From contig JAXDIL010000118.1 in NCBI GenBank assembly GCA_034664005.1, positions 25,400 to 89,399 of the forward strand: a stretch of DNA of 64,000 nucleotides, written 5' to 3'. Source of the stretch: Thermoleophilaceae bacterium. GTDB lineage: Bacteria > Actinomycetota > Thermoleophilia > Solirubrobacterales > Thermoleophilaceae. Within the stretch, counting starts at the first letter, position 1. Each line of letters opens with the position of its first letter. The notes under the pieces were generated by a model. It saw nothing but the letters and a program-made list of their open reading frames with translations, was not told the origin of the DNA and searched no databases. This document shows positions 16,792-24,441 of the stretch, one piece after another. Both the position numbers and the translations under genes were made by a program.

Positions 16792-17100
16792 GAACAGGGA
16801 TGTTGATGGCTGAGCGCGACGTTCCTACACGCCAGTCCTACAGCGGGTCGCTACACCTGGACCGCTGGCAACGTCTCGGACGACCCTGTGGACAGCATGT
16901 TCATAGGCAACGAAAGCGCCTGCACAGGGATGAAGCGACCGTCGAACGCTGCCTGTAGGCATCGCTGGCACCGTCGGCGACTTCGCTATTTCGGCGCTTT
17001 TCTAATCCGCTTGAGAGCTACACCGGCGGCTGTGCCGTCCGAGGGTCGGTGTTCAATCGTTCCTGTCGTCACAAACTCGACCTCAACGGAGGCGCCTCAG

Positions 17101-17331
17101 ATGGGCAAGGACCAGCACGTCGTCAAGCGAGATGAGGGGTGGGCGGTGCGCGGTGAGGGGAACTCACGGGACACCTCGCTGCATCCCACCCAGGCGGAGG
17201 CGATTGACGCTGGCCGCGATATCGCGCGCAACCAGCACTCGGAGCTGGTCATCCATGACCGTCAGGGACGCATCCGGGATAGCGACTCGTACGGGAATGA
17301 CCCCAACCCGCCGAAGGACCGCCGCCACTGA
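17101..17331 (+). CDS. DUF2188 family small protein
   Basis: 76 aa. MGKDQHVVKRDEGWAVRGEGNSRDTSLHPTQAEAIDAGRDIARNQHSELVIHDRQGRIRDSDSYGNDP matches the DUF2188 pattern. GGAGG lies ~11 nt upstream of the ATG. The track ORF start at 16888 is probably too far upstream. Confidence 0.8.
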   Translation: MGKDQHVVKRDEGWAVRGEGNSRDTSLHPTQAEAIDAGRDIARNQHSELVIHDRQGRIRDSDSYGNDPNPPKDRRH

Positions 17332-17360
17332 GCGCCGGCGGGCTCGCAAGGAGAGAAACG

Positions 17361-18893
17361 ATGAACGCAGGCTGGCTCTTGTTGGGAATCATCATCGGGG
17401 TGGCCCTGGGCCTTCCGCTCGTGCGAGCGTTGTTCCGCTCCCGCACGGAGACCGCGCAGGCTGAGCGAGACGGTGCCCATGCCGCAGCCGAGCAGGTGGC
17501 GGCCGAGCGAGACCGGGCGGTCGGGCGCTGCCAAGAGCTGGAGGAGGCGGTCGACGAGAAAACAGCGCGCTGCGGAGAGCTGGAGCGCGAGAAGCTCCGC
17601 GTAGAGGCTGCCCTTAAGGAGCAGCTCGCGGGCGTGACAAGCACGCTGGAGGCCGAGCGTGCCGCTCACGAGGAGAAGGTCGTCGCGCTGACGGCGCTCG
17701 GCGACGATTTTCTCGCGCGCGTGGCCCAGACCGCCGGGTCGGCGTTCCAAGGGCAGGGCAAGCATTTCGTCGAGCTCATGAAGGCCGAGTGGGGGAAGGC
17801 CAAGGCGGAGTCCGACGCCGACCTCGCTCAGCGCCAGAAGGCCGTCGAGGATGTTGTGAAGCCGCTGCAGGAGTCGGTCGGCGTCATCACTCGCCGCATG
17901 GAGGAGATTGACCGTGGCCATCGCCAGGCGAACACGCAGCTTGGGGAACAGCTTCGGGCGCTAGTGGAGAGCGAGAAGGACCTCCGCGGCGAGACCGGTG
18001 CGCTCTCCCGCGCTTTGCGGCAGCCGCAAACCCGCGGCCGGTGGGGCGAGCTCCACCTGGAGCGGGCGGTCGAGCTCGCCGGCATGGTCGAGCACGTCGA
18101 CTTCGAGCGCCAGTCGAGCGTCGTCGACGACGGTGCCGTGCTGCGGCCGGACGTGGTCGTGACCTTGCCGAAAGGAAAGCACCTGGTGGTCGATGCCAAG
18201 GCGCCCATCCACTCCTTCTTCGATGCCGGTGAGACGGCAGACGACGAAGCGCATGAGGCACGGATGAAGCTGTACGCCCGTGGCCTTCGGGCTCACGTCA
18301 AGAAGCTGGCGGCGAAGCAGTACTGGTCGCAGTTCGAGTCCTCGCCGGAGCTCGTGCTCATGTACCTCCCTGGGGAGCATCTGCTGAGCGCGGCGGCCCA
18401 AGTGGATTCGGCGCTCATCGAGGACGCGGTGCGCCAGCGAGTGCACATCGTGACCCCGACGACCATGATGGTCACGCTGCGGACCGTCGCCTGCGCTTGG
18501 CAGCAGGAACGCGTCGCCGAGGACGCCCGAGCCGTCGCTCGGGAAGGTCAGCTCATCTATGAGCGTCTCGACAAGTTCCTCTCGCTGTTCGGGAAGCTTG
18601 GGGCCGCGCTGAACCGGACCGTCGGGGCCTACAACGAGGTGGTCGGCTCGGGCGAACGTCGCCTACTGCCAGCCGTCCGCCGGCTCGCCCAGCGGGGAGT
18701 CGTCAACTCCACCAAGGAGCTGCCTGAGCTGACGCCCGTCGACCGACGGGCAGCCGAACTCCAAGCCGGAGAGTTCGTCGAGGGCAGCGCCGAGGAGTTG
18801 GCGGTGCCCGACACTGCTCCACCTCCTCCGGAGGAGGAGGCCGAACCTGGCGAGACTTCGGAGGAGGGTCAGTCCGAAACCGAGGCTGCCTGA
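17361..18893 (+). CDS. rmuC: DNA recombination protein RmuC family (coiled coil plus PD-(D/E)xK-like nuclease domain)
   Basis: 510 aa. N-terminal TM helix, long coiled coil, then the conserved RmuC core (LRQPQTRGRWGELHLERAVELAGMVEHVDFERQ...VVDAKAPI...LMYLPGEHLL). AAGGAGAG RBS upstream. Confidence 0.9.
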   Translation: MNAGWLLLGIIIGVALGLPLVRALFRSRTETAQAERDGAHAAAEQVAAERDRAVGRCQELEEAVDEKTARCGELEREKLRVEAALKEQLAGVTSTLEAERAAHEEKVVALTALGDDFLARVAQTAGSAFQGQGKHFVELMKAEWGKAKAESDADLAQRQKAVEDVVKPLQESVGVITRRMEEIDRGHRQANTQLGEQLRALVESEKDLRGETGALSRALRQPQTRGRWGELHLERAVELAGMVEHVDFERQSSVVDDGAVLRPDVVVTLPKGKHLVVDAKAPIHSFFDAGETADDEAHEARMKLYARGLRAHVKKLAAKQYWSQFESSPELVLMYLPGEHLLSAAAQVDSALIEDAVRQRVHIVTPTTMMVTLRTVACAWQQERVAEDARAVAREGQLIYERLDKFLSLFGKLGAALNRTVGAYNEVVGSGERRLLPAVRRLAQRGVVNSTKELPELTPVDRRAAELQAGEFVEGSAEELAVPDTAPPPPEEEAEPGETSEEGQSETEAA

Positions 18894-18943
18894 GCCTCGG
18901 TGGCGCGGTCAAGTTTGGGGATAGAGCCCGCGCCATCCCCAAA
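18882..18943 (+). terminator. Cluster of interleaved hairpins at and after the rmuC stop (terminator or 3' structured element)
   Basis: GAGGCT/AGCCTC (18882-18898) spans the stop codon. TGGCGCGG (18901-18908) pairs with CCGCGCCA (18928-18935). TTTGGGGAT (18914-18922) pairs with ATCCCCAAA (18935-18943). The last two helices interleave. No T-tract follows. Confidence 0.35.
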
Positions 18944-19037
18944 ACCCCCGGATAAGTACGTGGTTCCGTGGGCATTCTCCCGCCGAGGCGCGCAAAGTTC
19001 CGCTTGGTAGAGCGGTTTGAGCCCAACGGGCGCTTAT

Positions 19038-19080
19038 ATCGCACCCAGGAGGCCGCCGGTTCGAGTCCGGCTAGCTCCAT
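19038..19080 (+). repeat. Direct repeat of the tRNA-Ala 3' part (att-like junction, copy B)
   Basis: ATCGCACCCAGGAGGCCGCCGGTTCGAGTCCGGCTAGCTCCAT is identical to tRNA positions 32-73 plus the next base. There is no 5' acceptor strand or anticodon-stem partner upstream, so this is not a functional tRNA. Confidence 0.9.
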
Positions 19081-19114
19081 TAAGGCGCCCCGCGGCGACG
19101 TCTGATCGTCATTC

Positions 19115-22100
19115 TCAGGCCGCCGAGGCAGGCCGACCCGCGAGCGCCTGCTCGGCTCGGGCCAGCAGTGGCTTCGCGCCGAGGTCGGCCAGGATCGTCC
19201 GCGCCTCGTCGATGAAGGGGATCGATTCGCCGGCCCGGTCGGTCTCGAGCAACAGCTCGCCTCGAGCGAGCAGCACCTTGGCCAGCTCGTAGGGGTAGCC
19301 CAGCTCGCGCATTAGCGCGATCGCAGCGTCCAGGCGCTCCTCGGCCGCGGCGATGTCTCCCCGCCTGCCCGCCAGCAATCCCGCGAAGCGCGCGGCCTCA
19401 CCCTGCATCAGGGGCGTCGCCTGCGCGGGAGCGAGCTGCTCGACGAGCTCGACCAGCTCCTCGAGGGCGGCCACGTCCTCGAGCTCCCAGGCGGCCTCCC
19501 CGGCCGCGATGTAGGCGTTGCGACGCGTCTCCGGGTTGGGAACCCGCACCACCTCGCGCAGGATCTCGAAGGCCTCCGCTGTACGCCCGTTCGCGCTGGC
19601 CGCCGCGCCCTGCCCGAGCCTGATCACGTTCCGCACCTGCGTATCCGGGCTCTCGGCGCTTCCCGCCGGTGGGTCGAGCGCGTTGAGCGCGTCGAGCTCG
19701 CCGCGCGCCGCGGCCACGAACGCGTACAGGGCAAACAGCTCCGCGGAGCTGCTGACGTCCTCCGGGTGCTCGTTCAACAGCGGCTCGCAGAGCTCGGCGA
19801 GCTCGTCCCAGCGACCGAGTACGAAGAGGACCGCGCACTTGCCCGCGACCAGCAGCGCCTCCCAGGGACGGTCGCCGCGCGCGCGGGCCGCGGCGTGGCC
19901 GCGGTCGTAGTGCTCGAGCGCGTCGTGCGCGTGATCCGCCCCCAGCAGCATGACCGCAAGGTTGTTGTGGGCCCGCATCACCACCTGCTGCAGATCGTGC
20001 TCAGTAGCCAGGTGGAGGCCCCGCTCGAGCAGCGCCTTCCCCTCCTCGAGACGCGATTGGAAGTTGAGCGTCGTCCCGCGCGTGACAAGCGCTCCCGCGA
20101 TCCGCTCCCAATCCTGGAGCGGCTCGGCGATGACGAGGGCCTCCTGAGTTGCGGCCAGCGCCTTGTCGATGTCATCTCGAAGGAAGTACAAGCGCCCCAG
20201 CTCATGCAGAGCCGCTGCCCGCTCGGCGTCCGGCTCGACCAGGTCGGCGAGCGCGCGCTCCAACAGGCCGACGGCGTCGTCGAGGCGGTCGATGCTCACG
20301 AACACGTCCGCGAGCACCCCGGTCGCGCCCGCAACGGCGGACTTGTTCCCGGCGGCCTCGTACAGCTCAATCGCCGCGTCGAGCCGCTCGCGCGCGGCCA
20401 CCTGGTCGGCGGCCAGCCAGGCGGCGCGCCCGGCCTGCTCGAGCAGCCGGGCCCTCGTCGCGTCGTCCTCGGCGAGCTCCGTGGCCCGGTCGTACGCACG
20501 TTGGGCATCCCGCCCGAGCGCCAGCGAGGCCGCTCGCTGGCCCGCCTCGATGAGGGTGTCGCGCGCCAGCCCGCGGATCTCCCGGACGTCGGCGGCGTCC
20601 GGATCCGCCCGCGCGGCGTCGAGCAGGTGCGTCGCGACCACGTCGGCGAGCTCGCCGGTCTCGCTGCCCCGGACCTCCTGTAGGTAGCGGGCCGCGGCGA
20701 GATGCAGCTCCTTGCGGTCGCGCCGCGCGAGCGTCCCGTACGCGATCGTCCGCAACAGCCCCTGGACGAACGCGAACTGGCCGCGCTCGGACGAGAAGCG
20801 GTCGTCGTTGAAGATCAGGATCTGCTTCGCGACTAGCCCGTGAAGAACGCGCTCGACGTCGGCCTGCGGGCGCTCGACGAGCTCCGCGAGACCCGCCGCG
20901 AAGAACGACTGCCCCAGGACCGCAGCCGCCTGGAGGAGTGAGCGCTCGCCGGCATCCAGGCCGTCGAGCCGCGCCGCTACGAGCGCGTGCAGGGTCTCCG
21001 GGACGTCGAGCTCCTCGATGTCGCCGCGCACGGCGTAGCGCTGGCCCTCCTGGGCGAGCAGGCCGCGGTCGAGCAGCATGCGCACGGTTTCCACGGCGTA
21101 GAGCGGCACACCCTCCGCTCGCTCCAGGATGCGGCCCGCAAGTTCCTCGGGCAGGCCGGGCACGAGCCCTTCGAGCAGCTCGTCCATGTGCTCGTCTGAC
21201 AGCGGCTCGAGCTGGAGGAAGTCCTTCCATCCGGGCCGCATGTCGACCAGCTCCGGCCGGCCGAGCGCGAGGATGAAGATCGGGAACTCAGCGGACCACT
21301 CGAGCAGGTAGTCGAGGAAGTCGAGGAGGCCGGAGTCCGCCCACTGGAGGTCCTCGAAGACCATGACCACGGGGTCGATCGCCGCAAGGCGCTCGAAGAA
21401 CAGCCGCCAGCCCGAGAAGAGGTCGGCGCGGTCCGGTGCGGTTCGGACCTCCAGGCCGAGCAGGTGGGCCAGGCGCGGCTCCACCAGGCGGCGTTCCCGC
21501 TCGTCGAGCACGTACTGCCCCACCGCGTCGTGCAGCTTGGTCCTCGCGACCGTGGGGTCCTCCTCGTCCACTATCCCCGCACGGGCCCGGATCATCTCTG
21601 CGAGCGCCCAGTACGCGACGCCATCGCCGTAGGAGAGACAGCGGCCGCGGTGCCAGAAGACGCGCGCCTGCAGGCCGTCGACCTGCTTGTCGAACTCCCA
21701 CAGCAGCCGCGACTTCCCCGTGCCGGCCTCGCCCACCACCGGCACGAGCTGAGCTCTGTGATCCGCGCGGGTCGACTCGAGCGCGTCCACGATCAAGTCC
21801 AGCTCGCGCTCGCGACCGACGAAGGGTGCCTCGAGCCCGGGCCTGCGTCCGACCCCTCCCATGGTGGCGACCACGCGCAGGGCGGTCCACGTCTTGATCG
21901 GTTGGTCGCGCCCCTTTACCTGGTGCGTTCCGGCGTCCTCGTAGGCGATCGCCGCCTCGGTCGCGGCGCGGGTGACGTCGTCGACCAGCACGGCACCGGG
22001 TTCTGCGATCGACTGCAGGCGCGAGGCGGCGTTGACGGAGTCGCCGAGCACCATCCCCTCGCCCTGAGCCGCGAGGTCGACCGCCGCCGAGCCGGTCAGG

Positions 22101-22594
22101 ACGCCGGCGCGGACCTTCAGGTCGGGCATCCCGGCTTCGGCGCCGAGCGCGCCCACCGCCTGCGTCAGCGCGAGCGCCGCCCTGACCGCCCGCTCCGCAT
22201 CGTCCTCGCGGGCAACCGGCGTCCCCCACACCGCCATGACCGCGTCGCCGATGAACTTCTCGACCGTGCCTCCGTAGCGCTCGATCAGGGTCCGGCTGCG
22301 GTCGAAGTAACGCGACAGCAGCTCGCGGACCTCCTCCGCATCGAGGCGTTCCGAGAGCGTCGTGAAGCCGACCAGATCCGCGAACAGGATCGAGACCAGC
22401 CTTCGCTCAGGGGTGGCCGCAGACCGGCTGGGCGCCGGCTCGACGCCGAGCGCCGTGCCGCACGACCCGCAGTAGCGGTCGCCGGGCGCGTTCGCAGTTC
22501 CACAGCTGGGGCAGCTGAGCTCGAGGGGGCTGCCGCACTGCGAGCAGAAGCGATGCCCGCCCGAGTTCTCCGCTCCGCAAGAACCGCAGATCAT
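19115..22594 (-). CDS. Zinc-ribbon / class III adenylate-guanylate cyclase / AAA (STAND-like) ATPase / TPR multidomain protein
   Basis: N-terminus MICGSCGAENSGGHRFCSQCGSPLELSCPSCGTANAPGDRYCGSCG (double zinc ribbon). Cyclase block RRLVSILFADLVGFTTLSERL...GGTVEKFIGDAVMAVWG. P-loop GEAGTGKS. TPR-like C-terminal half. Start set at ATG 22594 because the track start 22732 would overlap the divergent gene. Confidence 0.85.
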   Translation of the reverse strand: MICGSCGAENSGGHRFCSQCGSPLELSCPSCGTANAPGDRYCGSCGTALGVEPAPSRSAATPERRLVSILFADLVGFTTLSERLDAEEVRELLSRYFDRSRTLIERYGGTVEKFIGDAVMAVWGTPVAREDDAERAVRAALALTQAVGALGAEAGMPDLKVRAGVLTGSAAVDLAAQGEGMVLGDSVNAASRLQSIAEPGAVLVDDVTRAATEAAIAYEDAGTHQVKGRDQPIKTWTALRVVATMGGVGRRPGLEAPFVGRERELDLIVDALESTRADHRAQLVPVVGEAGTGKSRLLWEFDKQVDGLQARVFWHRGRCLSYGDGVAYWALAEMIRARAGIVDEEDPTVARTKLHDAVGQYVLDERERRLVEPRLAHLLGLEVRTAPDRADLFSGWRLFFERLAAIDPVVMVFEDLQWADSGLLDFLDYLLEWSAEFPIFILALGRPELVDMRPGWKDFLQLEPLSDEHMDELLEGLVPGLPEELAGRILERAEGVPLYAVETVRMLLDRGLLAQEGQRYAVRGDIEELDVPETLHALVAARLDGLDAGERSLLQAAAVLGQSFFAAGLAELVERPQADVERVLHGLVAKQILIFNDDRFSSERGQFAFVQGLLRTIAYGTLARRDRKELHLAAARYLQEVRGSETGELADVVATHLLDAARADPDAADVREIRGLARDTLIEAGQRAASLALGRDAQRAYDRATELAEDDATRARLLEQAGRAAWLAADQVAARERLDAAIELYEAAGNKSAVAGATGVLADVFVSIDRLDDAVGLLERALADLVEPDAERAAALHELGRLYFLRDDIDKALAATQEALVIAEPLQDWERIAGALVTRGTTLNFQSRLEEGKALLERGLHLATEHDLQQVVMRAHNNLAVMLLGADHAHDALEHYDRGHAAARARGDRPWEALLVAGKCAVLFVLGRWDELAELCEPLLNEHPEDVSSSAELFALYAFVAAARGELDALNALDPPAGSAESPDTQVRNVIRLGQGAAASANGRTAEAFEILREVVRVPNPETRRNAYIAAGEAAWELEDVAALEELVELVEQLAPAQATPLMQGEAARFAGLLAGRRGDIAAAEERLDAAIALMRELGYPYELAKVLLARGELLLETDRAGESIPFIDEARTILADLGAKPLLARAEQALAGRPASAA

Positions 22595-22646
22595 CGTGTT
22601 CGCAACATACTCGCGGCGACGGGGTTCCGCATAGGATCGCTCCCGG

Positions 22647-24359
22647 ATGAAGGCGTGGGGTTCGGGCCATCGGGAGGTGCTGCGCGTACGCGACCTGCGG
22701 CTCCTGTTCGGGGGCCTCGCCGTGTCCGCCACCGGCTCCTGGGCCTACAACGTCGCCCTGCTGGCGTTCGTCTTCGAGCAGACACACTCGCTGAGCTGGG
22801 TTGGCGCGGCAGGTCTCGCCCGATTCGTGCCTGCGCTGTTGTTCAGCTCCTACGGCGGGGTCGTGGCCGAGCGCTTCGACCGAATTCGGGTGATGATCGG
22901 ATCCGACCTGCTCTGCTGCGCCTGGCAGAGCGGCCTCGCGGTCACGGCCGCACTCGGCGGTCCGGTCGAGCTGGCGCTCGTCTTCTCGGCGCTGACCGCG
23001 ATCTGCAACACGCCCTACAACCCCGCGGTTGCCGCGACGATCCCGGAGCTCGCCGACGAGGACCGGCTCGTGGCGGCGAACGCGCTCAACAGCACCATCG
23101 AGAACCTGGTCGTCGTCGTCGGTCCCGCCATCGGCGCCGTCGTGCTGGCGCTCGGGTCGCCCGCGCTGACGTTCGCCATCGACGCGGCGAGCTTCGCCGT
23201 CTCCGCCCTGATCGTGTCGCGCATCCGGATGCGCAGCCGTCCCGTCGACGTCACCGAGGGCGGCGAGGTCGGCGCGTTGCGGCAAATGGCGGTGGGGCTC
23301 CGGGCAATCACGGAGTCGACCGCGGCGCGGACGCTGGTCGCCTACAGCGTCCTGGTCTCGTTCGTCTACGGGACGGACACCGTCCTGTTCGTGGCCGTCT
23401 CGGACGCGCGGCTCGGGACCGGCGCGGAGGGCTTCGGCTATCTGCTCGCCGGCCTTGGCATCGGCGGCGTGCTCGTCGCCGGGGTACTCGATCGGCTGGC
23501 CGCGTCGGGGCGGCTCGCCCGGCTCATCGTGATCGGGACCGCGCTCTACTGCCTGCCCACGGCACTGCTCGCGGTCGTACACGCGCCGGCGCTGGCCTTC
23601 GCAATCCAGGTGGTGCGCGGGGGGGCGACGCTCGTGGTCGACGTCCTCGCGATCACCGCGCTCCAGCGCGCGGTGAGCTCGGAGTTGATGGCGCGCGTCT
23701 TCGGCGTCTTCTTCGCCCTGGTTCTGACGGCGATCTCGATCGGTGCAGTGATCACCCCACCGATAGTCGACGGCCTCGGGCTCAACGCCGCGCTCGTGGT
23801 GCTCGCCGTGGCCCCCACGCTGCTCGGCCTTGCCTGCTATCCGGTGCTGGCCGCGCTCGACCGCCAGGCCGCCGGTCTGCTCGCGGTCCTCGCGCCTCGG
23901 ATCGCGGTGCTCGAGCGACTGTCGATCTTTGCCGGGGCCGGCCGGCCCGCGCTTGAGCGGCTGGCGTCAGCCGCCGAGGAGGTCGACGTGGCGCCCGGCG
24001 ACGCGATCGTCCGCGAGGGCGAGCCCGCAGAGGCCATCTTCGTGCTCGTCGAAGGCCGGGTCGAGGTGACCTCCCGCGGCGAGGCCGGAGGCGAGCCGGC
24101 GGTCCTGCGCGAGATGGAGCCCGGTACCTACTTCGGTGAGATCGGGGTGCTCGAGGGCATCCCGCGAACGGCGACAGTGACCGCCATCGAGCGCTGCCAA
24201 TGTCTGCGGATCGAGGGCGACGCCTTCCTGGCGGCGATCACCGCGGGGCCGACGGCCACCACGTTGCTGGAAGACGCCCGCTCGCGGTTGGGTCGGACGC
24301 ACCCGTCACGGCGCGTCACCTTCGAGCCGCCGGTGGGCGCCCCCACTGGCGAGCGGTGA
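22647..24359 (+). CDS. MFS transporter fused to a C-terminal cyclic-nucleotide-binding (CAP-type) domain
   Basis: 570 aa. About 12 hydrophobic helices, then LSIFAGAGRPALERLASAAEEVDVAPGDAIVREGEPAEAIFVLVEGRVEV...GTYFGEIGVLEGIPRTATVTA, the FGE...RTA cNMP-binding signature. Confidence 0.85.
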   Translation: MKAWGSGHREVLRVRDLRLLFGGLAVSATGSWAYNVALLAFVFEQTHSLSWVGAAGLARFVPALLFSSYGGVVAERFDRIRVMIGSDLLCCAWQSGLAVTAALGGPVELALVFSALTAICNTPYNPAVAATIPELADEDRLVAANALNSTIENLVVVVGPAIGAVVLALGSPALTFAIDAASFAVSALIVSRIRMRSRPVDVTEGGEVGALRQMAVGLRAITESTAARTLVAYSVLVSFVYGTDTVLFVAVSDARLGTGAEGFGYLLAGLGIGGVLVAGVLDRLAASGRLARLIVIGTALYCLPTALLAVVHAPALAFAIQVVRGGATLVVDVLAITALQRAVSSELMARVFGVFFALVLTAISIGAVITPPIVDGLGLNAALVVLAVAPTLLGLACYPVLAALDRQAAGLLAVLAPRIAVLERLSIFAGAGRPALERLASAAEEVDVAPGDAIVREGEPAEAIFVLVEGRVEVTSRGEAGGEPAVLREMEPGTYFGEIGVLEGIPRTATVTAIERCQCLRIEGDAFLAAITAGPTATTLLEDARSRLGRTHPSRRVTFEPPVGAPTGER

Positions 24360-24380
24360 GGTGCCGCAGTCGACGAGGTC

Positions 24381-24402
24381 GGTTCGAGTCCGGCTAGCTC
24401 CA
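24381..24402 (+). repeat. Direct repeat of the tRNA-Ala T-arm/acceptor 3' end (copy C, shorter)
   Basis: GGTTCGAGTCCGGCTAGCTCCA is identical to the last 22 nt of the tRNA. The bases just upstream (GAGGTC) resemble the tRNA (GAGGCCGCC) with an indel. The downstream CTGAAGAGGG resembles the TCGGAAGAGG that follows the real tRNA. Confidence 0.8.
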
Positions 24403-24441
24403 CTGAAGAGGGCGTGAGCAGCTCGACCACGAGTGGGGCAG

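Larger units (their letters stand above)
1992..19080. mobile_element. Genomic island segment 1 (about 17 kb) inserted at the 3' end of tRNA-Ala; type I R-M plus defence-like cargo; no integrase detected
   Basis: Bounded by the intact tRNA on the left and a 43-bp direct copy of tRNA positions 32-73 (plus one base) at 19038-19080. The sequence is visibly more A/T-rich than the flanks, and the gene content is typical of defence islands. Confidence 0.7.
19081..24402. mobile_element. Island segment 2 (about 5.3 kb) between tRNA-3' repeat copies B and C
   Basis: Bounded by repeat copies B and C and holds two divergent genes. GC content looks like the core genome, so this is either an old, ameliorated insertion or not foreign at all. 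Confidence 0.4.

Noticed and set aside
18985-19080. Possible second tRNA gene: D-arm-like hairpin CCGC-TTGGTAGA-GCGG upstream of repeat copy B
   Set aside because: There is no 5' acceptor strand complementary to TAGCTCC and no partner for the anticodon stem, and the spacing from the D-arm-like hairpin to the T arm is too long. It is better explained as an att junction carrying only the 3' part of tRNA-Ala.
21464-23956. 830-aa plus-strand ORF spanning the cyclase and MFS genes
   Set aside because: Low-complexity Arg/Gly/Ala/Pro translation. It overlaps two well-supported genes, antisense to one and out of frame with the other.
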